From positions 1,917-65,916 of the forward strand of contig JBLHWZ010000002.1 in NCBI GenBank assembly GCA_047629415.1: a stretch of 64,000 bases of DNA. The letters run 5' to 3'. The stretch comes from Bradymonadia bacterium (GTDB taxonomy: Bacteria; Myxococcota_A; Bradymonadia; REDH01). Below, one piece after another: positions 27,000 through 36,612 of the stretch; the stretch's first letter is position 1, and every line of letters begins with the position of its first letter. A program made the translations under genes and the position numbers. The notes under the pieces were generated by a model that was not told the origin of the DNA, ran no database searches, and worked only from the letters and a program-made list of their open reading frames with translations.

Positions 27000-29681
27000 A
27001 TGGCTATGAAATCGAACGAGTCAGTTGAAGGACTCCTGGAAAGCGGTCTGAATGCGCTGGACGCAGGCAATTTCGACGATGCGCTCTCCCAGTGGAACTT
27101 GGCCCTGAATCAGGAACCAGGAAACGCACGAGCTGCTCGCCTCGTCGCAGACCTCGAGCAGCTGATCAGCGACAACCGAAGAGGGACGATGACGATCCCT
27201 TCAGGCGAATTCGTTGTGGTGGTCGAGGATGACGATATCGAGCTGGAGTTGGAGGCACCGGAGCGCAAGGCCATGACCCAGGTGTTCCTCGACAAGCAAG
27301 CGGCAGACCTCGCGGAGCTTTCGGCAGAGAACGAAGCGCTTGATGGGCAGGTCAGCGCCGCCAACGCGATAGCGCTGGAAGCTCGGAAATCGGCGGTCGC
27401 AGCTGAAGGGCTGCTTGCCGAACTCAAAGCCGGCCAGATCGCCGACGCAGAAGCTCGAGCTGCTCTGGACGTGGAGAATCGCGATCACATGCGGTTCCGA
27501 CGCCTCCAGCGGCAGCAGGTCGCCGACCTTGAGCTCCGCATGGCGGAGCGACAGGCCCACGAGAAGACCGTTTTGGCGGAGATCGACCAACGGGCAGCCG
27601 AGCGCGACGCGTTGAAGGCCGAATTGGAGGCCGGGGCTGCTGCGCTCAAGGAAGCGAATGACGCCACTTCAGCGGCTGTAGCGGAACGCGACGCCCAGAA
27701 GATCGAGCTGGAGGCCGCGGCTTTGCTCACCGCGGAGCGAGACAGCATCACGGGTGAACTCGAGGCACTGATCGTCGCCGATGCCGAGAAGGCCGCCACC
27801 ATAACGACCCTAAACGAGTCACTCAAAGCGACCTCTGAAGAGATCGAGAGCATCAAGGCTGAACTCGACGAGATGCGGAATGCGCTCACTTCGGAGAGAG
27901 CAGGCGGCGACGAAGTTCGCGAGGCGCTTGCCAGCGTCCGCGAAGAGGCCGCCACGGTTGCCGCGACCCTCGCTGAGGCCCAGACCACCGTAAGGAGCGC
28001 CGAAACCACCATTCACGAGCTCGAGGCTGACAAGGCTGCGGTCGAAGCCGAGCGCGCTGAACTTGAGAAGGGCAAAGCAGCGACCGACGAAGCGCTCGAA
28101 TTGGCAGCTATCGATGCAAAAATTAGTGCCGACGGAGTGACCCGCCTCGCGGCGGAGCTCGCCAAGGCTGCGGCTGAAGCCGAGGAAAAGATCACTGTCG
28201 CGGCGAGCGCGCTGGAGGAGTCGCAGACGGCCCGATCGGCAATGCGGACCGAGATGGCAACCATCGTCCAGGACCTAGAGAAGGCGAAGACGCAGGCCAA
28301 GCAGCTGCGGGTCGAAGCCGAGGCGCAGCAAGCTGACCTAGCTACCAGCGGCAAACAGACAGGCGAGGCTCTCGCCGCTGCAGAAGCGAAAGCTGTCGCT
28401 AGCGAGGCGGAAGCTGCAGAGCTGGCCGGAAAGATTGACGCAGCCGAGAAAGCTGCGGAAGACGCGAAGACCAAGGTCGCCGAGCTGGAGGTGTCTCTCG
28501 CCGAAGAGAAGAAGACCCGTGAGCACAGCGCGGCGAATACCGCCGCTCAAGCGGCGACGAAGATTTCCGCGGCCCACAAGGCGGTCAGCGCCGCCGAGGC
28601 GGCCGCCTTCAGTCAGGCTGCAGAAATCTCGCGCCTCGGGGCGGCTCTTGAAGCGGCGAAGGCCGCAGCACCCGAAGAGTCTGCTGCACAAGCGGTGGCC
28701 GAGGCGACGCAGAACGCGACGTTACTTTCGGGACAGGTCTCGACCCTGAAAGAGCGTGTCGCCCAGCTGGAGAACACGCTGGCCGATACCGAGTCGAACT
28801 CGGAGCTTGGGCAACGCCTCAAGGAACAAGATGACGCTCTGGTTGGCTTCAACGCGCAAATGATGGCGAGGGACGCGAGCATCGCCGAGTTACAGGCACA
28901 GCTTGAGACCCGCCAAGAGGCCCACGCGGCGCAGACGAACGCGACCAGTGTCCGGGCCGCCGAGCGCGACGCTCAGGTCACCGAGCTCGAAGGACAGCTG
29001 CACGAGATTCGCGTGGCGATCGCCGGCAAGGACATTCAACTCCAAGAGCTTGAGGGCCAAGTCCGACTCGCATCGCGCACCCAAGAGACGCCGTCACTTC
29101 AGGCCGAGGTCGACCGGTTGAACGTCGCTCTCAGCGCCTCCGAAGGCCGTGCCAGAAGCGCCGACGAATACGTTGAAGAGATGGAGGCGCAGGTCGAGAA
29201 ACTCAAGGCCTCGCCGATCGATATGTATATCTCAGGCTCCTACTTGGGTGCCAGTGAGCGCTCGCTGACTCCCAGCGAGAACGTGTCGATTAGTGGACAG
29301 TTTGCAGCCGCCGAAGCCGAAACCAAATCCACAGGGCCGCCGCCGATTCCGCAAGGCGCACTCGGAAGCCAAAGCGGATCCACAGTTAGCACCGATACCC
29401 CGATCGATTCGTCGGCTGTCACGCGCCTCCGCGATGAGTCACTCAGCGCAGCGGAGCGGCTGAGCTGGCTCATCGATGAGCAGCCGTATCTCGCCAAGGA
29501 CTCGACGTCGTCAAGGCAGACGCTGAGCGCACAAGCCGCCTTCGTCCTCCAGATGATCGACGGGGTCGTCTCGTTCGCGGACCTCATCGATATCGTCGGA
29601 CTACCAGCAGACGAGACCTATGCGATCCTGCTGGATCTCTGGGAGCGCGGAGTCATCACTTCGCCCTCACTTGAACCCTGA
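27000..29681 (+). CDS. Long Ala/Glu-rich coiled-coil protein with a TPR-like N-terminus and a small globular C-terminal domain
   Basis: 893 aa, of which about 600 aa are heptad-like A/E/L/K/Q sequence. The C-terminus [45 protein letters not shown] resembles a module common in myxobacterial proteins. Confidence 0.75.
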   Translation: MAMKSNESVEGLLESGLNALDAGNFDDALSQWNLALNQEPGNARAARLVADLEQLISDNRRGTMTIPSGEFVVVVEDDDIELELEAPERKAMTQVFLDKQAADLAELSAENEALDGQVSAANAIALEARKSAVAAEGLLAELKAGQIADAEARAALDVENRDHMRFRRLQRQQVADLELRMAERQAHEKTVLAEIDQRAAERDALKAELEAGAAALKEANDATSAAVAERDAQKIELEAAALLTAERDSITGELEALIVADAEKAATITTLNESLKATSEEIESIKAELDEMRNALTSERAGGDEVREALASVREEAATVAATLAEAQTTVRSAETTIHELEADKAAVEAERAELEKGKAATDEALELAAIDAKISADGVTRLAAELAKAAAEAEEKITVAASALEESQTARSAMRTEMATIVQDLEKAKTQAKQLRVEAEAQQADLATSGKQTGEALAAAEAKAVASEAEAAELAGKIDAAEKAAEDAKTKVAELEVSLAEEKKTREHSAANTAAQAATKISAAHKAVSAAEAAAFSQAAEISRLGAALEAAKAAAPEESAAQAVAEATQNATLLSGQVSTLKERVAQLENTLADTESNSELGQRLKEQDDALVGFNAQMMARDASIAELQAQLETRQEAHAAQTNATSVRAAERDAQVTELEGQLHEIRVAIAGKDIQLQELEGQVRLASRTQETPSLQAEVDRLNVALSASEGRARSADEYVEEMEAQVEKLKASPIDMYISGSYLGASERSLTPSENVSISGQFAAAEAETKSTGPPPIPQGALGSQSGSTVSTDTPIDSSAVTRLRDESLSAAERLSWLIDEQPYLAKDSTSSRQTLSAQAAFVLQMIDGVVSFADLIDIVGLPADETYAILLDLWERGVITSPSLEP

Positions 29682-29698
29682 GCGGCGAGCAGTGAGCG

Positions 29699-32626
29699 GT
29701 GAGCGGTGATACCGAGCCTCTAGAAGAGGCCCACAAGACATCTGTCGGCCTCCTGCTGATCATCGCGATTTGCATGGTCCTCAGCGGCGCTGCGGGCCTG
29801 GTCTATGAGGTCGCATGGGCCCGTATGCTCGGCGTGTTCCTCGGAGCGACAGCGCACGCACATGCCGTCGTGCTTTCGGGCTTCCTCGGAGGACTCGCGC
29901 TCGGCAACTGGGTCCTCGGCAAGCTCGTCGATCGCAAGCCTAGTCGGGCTCTCCTGCTCTATGCGGTCCTCGAGCTCATCATCGGAGTCTACGGGCTCCT
30001 CTCCCCAGTGATTCAGGCAGGGTTCGCCAACGCCTATGCAAGCATCGCCGGCGGCGCCGATCCCGGCCCAAGCCTCCTCGCGCTGAAACTCGGGGTGGCC
30101 TTCACCTTCGTCCTGACGCCTACGATGGCGATGGGTGGCACGCTGCCCGCCCTCACCCGATTCCTCGTCAGTGAAATTGACGAGGTCGGCACGACCGTTT
30201 CCAGGCTCTACCTCCTCAACACGCTTGGGGCTGCAGTGGGCTGTTTTCTGGGCGGCGCAATCCTGATCCCGCGACTTGGAACCGGCGGCTCCGTCGCGCT
30301 CGCAGGTGTTGCCAATCTGTTAATCGCAGCGGTGGCAGCGGTGCTCTATGTTCGGACGCGGGCCCCTGAGTTGGACGAACACGATGGCTCTTCCGGCGGA
30401 GCACCTGGACCCAGACGAATCCTCTTCGCAGCCTTTGCGATGGGCATCGCAACGCTCACTCTTGAGGTCACCTGGACCCGCATCTTCTCGATGGTCTTTG
30501 GCTCGTCGTCGCAGGCGTTCACGCTGATGCTCACGGCCTTCATTGGGGGTATCGCTGTCGGAAGCGCCTTCACGCCGACCCTGCTGCGGCGGTTCCGCGG
30601 TCGCGAGCTGAAGCTGCTCGCGCTGCTCCTGCTCTGCGCCGCTTCGGTGCTCGCGCTGCAGATGCCTTGGTACGAACACCTCCCCTACTGGCAGTTCAAA
30701 ATCGCGCACGTGTTGGAGCGGCGACCTCATGTCTACCCGCTCTATCTCTTCGCCCAGGCAACGCTCGCGTTCTCGTGGATGCTCCCTCTGACCATCGTCA
30801 CGGGTGCGGTGCTGCCCGTTGCAGCTCATGTTTATACCCAACGTGTCGACAACGCCGGAGCGAGCGTGGGGCTGCTCTTCACGTTCAACACGATGGGCAA
30901 CGTGCTGGGACCCGTCATCGCGACGTTCCTGCTCTTCCCGTTGCTCGGACTGCAAGGGACCCTCGTGGTCGGAATCGCCGGACTCGGAGTAGCCGCCTTT
31001 CTGATCGGCAGCATGACGGGCTGGTCGAAGAAGATCATCATCGCCGGAGCAATCGTGACCGTCGTCGGTGTGCTACCGGCGCAGTGGGAGCCGTCTGTCA
31101 TGCAGGCCGGTGGTTTCCGCCGCTGGACACTCCCGCATGGCGCCACCTTTGCCGAGTTCAGGGAGTCGCGATTGAACTCGAGCACTCTCTTCGAGCACGA
31201 CAGTGCGACAGATAGCGTCGTCGTCTTCCAGAATCGGGAGGGGCTGCGCTTTATGAAGGTCAACGGGAAGACCGACGCCAGCGACGCCGAAGACCTCCCG
31301 ACGCAGCGTATGGTCGCCCACCTACCACTGATGCTCCATCGCGCATGGACCAATGCGACCGAGCGCGACGTCTACGTCGTAGGCGTTGGCTCCGGAGTCA
31401 CCGTCGGCAGCGCCTCGATCCACGATGGAGTCTCCGTGACCGCGGTCGAGATCAGCCCAGGCGTGCTCCAAGCCAGCCGACTCTTCGACCACGTGAACCG
31501 TAACGTTCATGAGTTGCCTAACGTGACGATTCACCAGGGCGACGCGCGCGAGTTTCTTGAGCGCAGCGACGTTGATTGGGACGTAGTTATCAACCAACCA
31601 TCGAACCCATGGATCGCCGGAAACGCAGCGCTCTTCTCGCAGCAGTTCTACTTGGCCGCACGCGAGCAGCTCGCCGAAGATGGCGTCTTCGCGCAGTGGA
31701 TGCACGTTTACGCGATGGACGACGAGACGGTGTCCATCGTGATGAACACCTTCGCCAGCGTGTTCCCCCATGTGACCGTCTGGTGGCCCCAGGGAGTCGA
31801 CCTGATTCTCATCGGCTCGCTCGCACCGCTCGAGCCAAACCTAGACGTGCTCGCGGAGCAGCTCGCCAACTCGGACCTCGCTGAGGAGATGGCGGGCTAC
31901 GATCGGGAGGGTCTACGAGTCACCACAGTGGACCGCTTCCTCGCTCTCCAGATTCAGTCTGACGCTGGTTTTCACGAGGCCTTCAGCGCCGCCCCCCCCT
32001 TCACTACCGACCTGCAGCCGACCCTGGAGTTTCGGGCGCCTGTCGCACAGTTTGTCGGAGCTCGCGCCGAGCTCTTCGTCGAGATCGACGAGCGACTCCA
32101 GGCCGGCGGAGACAACTATCTCTACTGGTCAACGCTCGGCTACGACCTCGACCTAGCCGACTTGGTCGGCTTCTTCGCGACCCGCGACACGCCATTCTCC
32201 GAGTTCTTAGCAGGCTCGCTGCAACACGCGGTCACCGGCGACGCGATCACGCCACGCGAGTTCGAACTCTTGGCCACCCGCGGAACCGGTCTGCCCGTCC
32301 TCCTCGATGACTGGGCAACCGCACTCGCGATCCGAAAGGACGTCGAAATCAGCGACTGTTCGGCGCTCATGGAGATGGCGCAGAGCGTGCTGCCTGTAAG
32401 AGCAACCGCTCTGCACCGCCCAGTGATGCAACCGTTCGACGACGTCGTCCAACACTGCGTTGAGGCGCACCCAGCCGCCGCGAGTTTCCTCAGCGCGATG
32501 CGGGCCGAGCTACACTTCGCGTGCGGTTACGAAGCAGAAGCCCGCGCGATGGCCGAGGCGGTGCTTGCCCACCCTGTGCCGCAGCTGGTGCATGACTCCA
32601 TGACCGACTTGTTAGCCGGCCAGTAG
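29699..32626 (+). CDS. Fused polytopic-membrane / spermidine-synthase-like protein with a helical C-terminal extension
   Basis: GTG start. The N-terminal ~480 aa hold many TM segments (SGAAGLVYEVAWARMLGVFLG...). An SpeE-like core follows (VYVVGVGSGVTVGS, AVEISPGV, VVINQPSNPW). Confidence 0.75.
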   Translation: MSGDTEPLEEAHKTSVGLLLIIAICMVLSGAAGLVYEVAWARMLGVFLGATAHAHAVVLSGFLGGLALGNWVLGKLVDRKPSRALLLYAVLELIIGVYGLLSPVIQAGFANAYASIAGGADPGPSLLALKLGVAFTFVLTPTMAMGGTLPALTRFLVSEIDEVGTTVSRLYLLNTLGAAVGCFLGGAILIPRLGTGGSVALAGVANLLIAAVAAVLYVRTRAPELDEHDGSSGGAPGPRRILFAAFAMGIATLTLEVTWTRIFSMVFGSSSQAFTLMLTAFIGGIAVGSAFTPTLLRRFRGRELKLLALLLLCAASVLALQMPWYEHLPYWQFKIAHVLERRPHVYPLYLFAQATLAFSWMLPLTIVTGAVLPVAAHVYTQRVDNAGASVGLLFTFNTMGNVLGPVIATFLLFPLLGLQGTLVVGIAGLGVAAFLIGSMTGWSKKIIIAGAIVTVVGVLPAQWEPSVMQAGGFRRWTLPHGATFAEFRESRLNSSTLFEHDSATDSVVVFQNREGLRFMKVNGKTDASDAEDLPTQRMVAHLPLMLHRAWTNATERDVYVVGVGSGVTVGSASIHDGVSVTAVEISPGVLQASRLFDHVNRNVHELPNVTIHQGDAREFLERSDVDWDVVINQPSNPWIAGNAALFSQQFYLAAREQLAEDGVFAQWMHVYAMDDETVSIVMNTFASVFPHVTVWWPQGVDLILIGSLAPLEPNLDVLAEQLANSDLAEEMAGYDREGLRVTTVDRFLALQIQSDAGFHEAFSAAPPFTTDLQPTLEFRAPVAQFVGARAELFVEIDERLQAGGDNYLYWSTLGYDLDLADLVGFFATRDTPFSEFLAGSLQHAVTGDAITPREFELLATRGTGLPVLLDDWATALAIRKDVEISDCSALMEMAQSVLPVRATALHRPVMQPFDDVVQHCVEAHPAAASFLSAMRAELHFACGYEAEARAMAEAVLAHPVPQLVHDSMTDLLAGQ

Positions 32627-32752
32627 CGGCAGGAACTCCGACGGCCAGGCCGCGCGATGCGACGCTGAAGAACATGCCCCAAGAAGAGCCGGGGCGACCC
32701 CGCCAGACATCACGCGGCGATGGCTTGCCAGCACCGCAGAGCGGCACGGCGT

Positions 32753-34132
32753 CTAAAACTGCAGGACCATCGTTGCAGATCCCCAGCCAGGCACGACGTT
32801 CCAGACCACCGCGTCGGCGCGGCGGCGGGAGCGGCGTTCTTTGACGAAGAGCACGGTGGCGCCTGTGAGCAAGGACGTAGCGCCTATCGAGTAGAGCACC
32901 AAGACAGGAAGCTGTGAGCGCGAGACCCGTTCGCTGAGGTCGAAGATCTCCTGGTCATGCTCGCACAACGTCGTACCAACACAGTCCCCCTGCAGGGACC
33001 GCCGCTCTGATTCGGGGCCGAGCATCACCGCCATGTCCCAGGCGATTCCTGCGGCCAGCACGGTCCCTCCAGCGAGGGAGAGGCCTACTCCAGCTGCGCG
33101 TACTCGGTCTCGGGGCGGCCGACAGTCCTCTTGGAAGTGCGTGAGCGCGGAGCGGTAAACTTGATCAGGCGTGGGCCCATGAACGCGCTCGATGCGCTCC
33201 ACTGTACCAATTACTGCTCGGCCAGCTTCGCAGTGTTGCGCGTCCGAGCTCGCTGTTACGGCGATCGTCGCGGTCTCGAAGAGCTCAGTGGTTGCGGTGT
33301 CGACGTCGGTGAAACCTTCGTCGAGGCCTACGAGAACCAAGGTTGTCAGAGCATCTGCGGCCTCGATCACCTGCAACGCCTGGGCGTTGGAGTCGCCGCC
33401 CTCTGTGCGCCAGCTCAAACGTGATTCTGCGAATCGTGACCGCGCCGACTGGACTTGTGCTGTCCAGCGCTCGACTGCGCAGCGATGGGCGATCTGCGTT
33501 GCGCCTGGGGGCACGCGTTGGAGAGAGCGAAGCCAATCGCTGAGCACTTCACATTCGCCAGCTGAAGCCCACTCATCTGCGGCCACTTCGATCGCCGGGC
33601 CAACATCGGGCGCTGATGTTGAGGCGACGACGCCAGCGGCCTGTCCATCCAGGACGTGTTGCACGAGTTGGTGCGCCGCGCCGCGCTCGCCTCGACGGGC
33701 TGCGAGTTCGTTGTACCGAGAACTCCAAACCTGATCGCGACACGTTTCTACCGACGCAGCTGCGAGCGCGTAATACTCGGTCGACAGCAGGCCGTCGGAC
33801 TCTGTATCTGCCTCATCGCAACGAGACAGGCCGCTCAGGATCTGAACGATGTGTTGCGTAAGGATGAAGCGGTCGTCGCGGACAGAGGTAGCAACGTCGG
33901 GCTCGAGCTCAGAGTCTAGCAACCAGTTCGTCAGGAACTCTCTGAATTCGAGCGCCCGGGCGAGGAGCTCGCCATGCACCGGGTCCGACTCCGCACCAGC
34001 ATCCGCAGCGGCATGGCTTGCCTGAGCATAGCGCTCTGCGAACGCGGCGTAGTCAGCTAATCCGTCGTCTTGAGCACTCACGCAGGGAGCGTAAGCCAAG
34101 AGTAGAAGTAGAATGATGGAGAAGTATTTCAC
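32753..34132 (-). CDS. Hypothetical exported helical protein with two C-terminal TM segments
   Basis: The GTG at 34132 overlaps the kinase stop (GTGA at 34129-34132). VKYFSIILLLLLAYAPCVSAQDD is a signal peptide. TM segments: AAGVGLSLAGGTVLAAGIAW and LPVLVLYSIGATSLLTGATVLFV. Confidence 0.6.
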   Translation of the reverse strand: MKYFSIILLLLLAYAPCVSAQDDGLADYAAFAERYAQASHAAADAGAESDPVHGELLARALEFREFLTNWLLDSELEPDVATSVRDDRFILTQHIVQILSGLSRCDEADTESDGLLSTEYYALAAASVETCRDQVWSSRYNELAARRGERGAAHQLVQHVLDGQAAGVVASTSAPDVGPAIEVAADEWASAGECEVLSDWLRSLQRVPPGATQIAHRCAVERWTAQVQSARSRFAESRLSWRTEGGDSNAQALQVIEAADALTTLVLVGLDEGFTDVDTATTELFETATIAVTASSDAQHCEAGRAVIGTVERIERVHGPTPDQVYRSALTHFQEDCRPPRDRVRAAGVGLSLAGGTVLAAGIAWDMAVMLGPESERRSLQGDCVGTTLCEHDQEIFDLSERVSRSQLPVLVLYSIGATSLLTGATVLFVKERRSRRRADAVVWNVVPGWGSATMVLQF

Positions 34133-35748
34133 GGTCTGCGAATCGAAAGGGAGCCAGGGCGCGGCGCATCCTCCGCCGGCTCTGAAGAATCGTTGGCCCG
34201 AGCCCGTGATATTCGCAAGTCCGTCAGTTCGACGCTCCCCGCTTCGTCGATCGTCTGACGGAGCGTGCCGTCGTCCAACCGAACCACGACTCGAACCGGA
34301 CGCTGCCTCGGGCCAAATACACCGGTCACCGGTAGTGACAGGCCGGGACCTTCGGTACCATCGACGACGATGTGAACCGTTCCTGCCGCAGCGTTCCGGG
34401 CCGCAACGCTCCACCGATTTCCGGCTGGCACCAAGGTCGCGGCGGAAACTGCGTTTCGCGCGCTCGCGACCACGTTGGGCAGCTCGTTAAGAACTTCGAC
34501 TTCTGGACCGACGGGCTCCGCTGCCTGCTCCTCGGCGAGGTCGGGAGAGATCACCGCGATCATCTCGCCCACATCGGCGGCGGGAGCGGTCAGAGGAGTG
34601 CGGATAAGCACAACAATGAGAGCGGTGATCGCGACCAAAAACGCAGCTAGTACCAACGCGATCGTGCGGGTATTCGCACTGGACTTCACGTTGACGAGCG
34701 CCGTTTCGGGGTCCGGTGACAAGTTCGAAACAGGCTTCTCTCGCTTCGCCTCCTTCGTAGGCCCGCCGACCGACATCATCGACCACGCTTGGGCCCCGGT
34801 GAACTCGCCGGAACCCGCGAAGTTGAGTCGAGCGGGGAGTCGAGGGCCGTCGAGGCTTGGATACGATTTTTCGAGAGAGACGATCACAGGCTCGAGAGCT
34901 GCGAGCATCTCCTCTGCCGAGTCCCATCGATGCTTTTGGTTCTTCTCGCAGGCTGTTCGGACGATCCTAGCGAGTGCGCTCTGCTGGACCGCTGGGGGCA
35001 GCGGCACCGGGCTGTCGGATAGATGCTGGGCGATCACAGCGAAGGCGCCAGACCCCGAATAAGGGGCTTCACCAGCGAGCATGAACGCGATCACGTGACC
35101 AAGCGCGTAGAGGTCGCTCCGGACGCTCGGCTCTTGATGCAGTTGCTCCGGCGCGGCGTAGGTCGGTGTGCACGGGGTCGCGTTAACAGTGGACTCGTGC
35201 TCCGGCTCACGCAGAAAGCTCGATCCGAGGATCTTGGCGATGCCGAAATCAACAACCTTCGCCCCCGCTCGGCCGTCGATGCCCTTTTCAACGATGAAGA
35301 TGTTGGATGGTTTCAGGTCGCGGTGCACGACGCCGGCTGCGTGGGCCGTGACGAGTCCGCGCAGCACATCTTTAGCGAAGTGTGCCGCGTGCAGCTCATG
35401 TACAAGCCCTTCAGCCAGAACCAGCTCGCGCAGCGTGACGCCAGCGAGCTTCTCCATCACGAGGTACGGGTTGCCGTCACCGGTCCGTCCCGCATCGGAG
35501 ACCCGGACGGTGTAGGGGCTCTGCATCGCCGCGAGCGTGCGCACCTCGTTGTTGAACCGCCGCTCCGAATCCTCGTTGTCGCGGTGTTCGTTCTTTAGGA
35601 CTTTGACGGCGTATTCCAGGCCGTCGACGCTGACGTGCGTCGCCTCGAAGACCCAGGAAAATGCTCCGGCTCCGAGCATACTGCCAAGGCGGTACTTGCC
35701 GTCCAGCAGGACATCGGAGGCCGACGCCGGCTCGACGTCTTCGCTCAT
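34129..35748 (-). CDS. Hanks-type Ser/Thr protein kinase, single TM, extracytoplasmic C-terminal domain
   Basis: GAGAFSWVFEA...AVKVLK, VHRDLKPSNIF, VDFGIAK, TPTYAAPEQ. TM segment: TIALVLAAFLVAITALIVVLI. Confidence 0.9.
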   Translation of the reverse strand: MSEDVEPASASDVLLDGKYRLGSMLGAGAFSWVFEATHVSVDGLEYAVKVLKNEHRDNEDSERRFNNEVRTLAAMQSPYTVRVSDAGRTGDGNPYLVMEKLAGVTLRELVLAEGLVHELHAAHFAKDVLRGLVTAHAAGVVHRDLKPSNIFIVEKGIDGRAGAKVVDFGIAKILGSSFLREPEHESTVNATPCTPTYAAPEQLHQEPSVRSDLYALGHVIAFMLAGEAPYSGSGAFAVIAQHLSDSPVPLPPAVQQSALARIVRTACEKNQKHRWDSAEEMLAALEPVIVSLEKSYPSLDGPRLPARLNFAGSGEFTGAQAWSMMSVGGPTKEAKREKPVSNLSPDPETALVNVKSSANTRTIALVLAAFLVAITALIVVLIRTPLTAPAADVGEMIAVISPDLAEEQAAEPVGPEVEVLNELPNVVASARNAVSAATLVPAGNRWSVAARNAAAGTVHIVVDGTEGPGLSLPVTGVFGPRQRPVRVVVRLDDGTLRQTIDEAGSVELTDLRISRARANDSSEPAEDAPRPGSLSIRRP

Positions 35749-36542
35749 CCGGTGCCGTCGTCGATGAGAACGTCAGACATCTGCAGGAAGAGGACGTATC
35801 CAAACCCGCGCTGCGAGGCGATGAACCGTCGCATCAGGCCGGCCGTATCCAGCGTGTCGATATCAGTGGTGTTAGAGCTCAGCCGTTTGACCCGGTCGCG
35901 AATCAGCTCGGCATCGACGAGACCGGCGTCGATCAGCTCCCGCCACGCTTTTCGGGCATATGAAATCTGTTGTTCCAGGTTTGTATTCGGCCCCACCGTC
36001 TCCTGTAGATCCATGTGGTGCACCGGTCGGCCCGGAGTCTCGCAGAGCGCCGCGAAGAGTTGGGCGGCGGCCGGAAACATCTCAATGAGCGCGCCGTTCA
36101 CTAGGATGTGGCAGCGTCCAGCGTCCCATCGACACGTCACAAATGGGCCAGTCATCGCCGCCTTCACGGCCGGCGACGCGACAAGCGACATCGGGTCATC
36201 GAACGCCGCCGTAGCCGCTCCGAACTCTACGCGGAGCAACACGCGCCCGATCTGCAAGTGAAAACTCTCGCTCTCGATCTGTGTACTCCCGCCTGGGTCA
36301 AGTCGAGTCTGGTCGACGAACGCTGCGCCCTTAGAGCTCAAGTTCTCGAGGGCGATCGTGTCGTCATCCACGGTGAGACGAATGTGACGACGGGACACCG
36401 TGGAGTCGTTGAGGCGAAAGTCTGCAGATGTGTCACGCCCGATGACGATCGTGCTCGCGACAGTATCCCAGAGCGATCCAACCGCTACAGGGGAACCCTC
36501 GCGGGTCTTCTCCACCCTAAATGAGAGCTCTCTCGACGCCAT
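35745..36542 (-). CDS. FHA domain fused to a C-terminal OmpR/PhoB-type winged-helix DNA-binding domain
   Basis: ATG at 36542 (MASRELSFRV...). FHA: IVIGRDTSADFRLNDSTVSRRHIRL...ENLSSKGAAFVD. wHTH: LFAALCETPGRPVHHMDLQETV...QQISYARKAWRE...QRGFGYVL. The stop overlaps the kinase start (ATGA at 35745-35748). Confidence 0.75.
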   Translation of the reverse strand: MASRELSFRVEKTREGSPVAVGSLWDTVASTIVIGRDTSADFRLNDSTVSRRHIRLTVDDDTIALENLSSKGAAFVDQTRLDPGGSTQIESESFHLQIGRVLLRVEFGAATAAFDDPMSLVASPAVKAAMTGPFVTCRWDAGRCHILVNGALIEMFPAAAQLFAALCETPGRPVHHMDLQETVGPNTNLEQQISYARKAWRELIDAGLVDAELIRDRVKRLSSNTTDIDTLDTAGLMRRFIASQRGFGYVLFLQMSDVLIDDGTG

Positions 36543-36612
36543 ACTTCCTCGGGGTCTCCCCGTGAGCATAGCCGTCGATAGGCATAATTGGGAAGAATGC
36601 CGCATCTGCATG

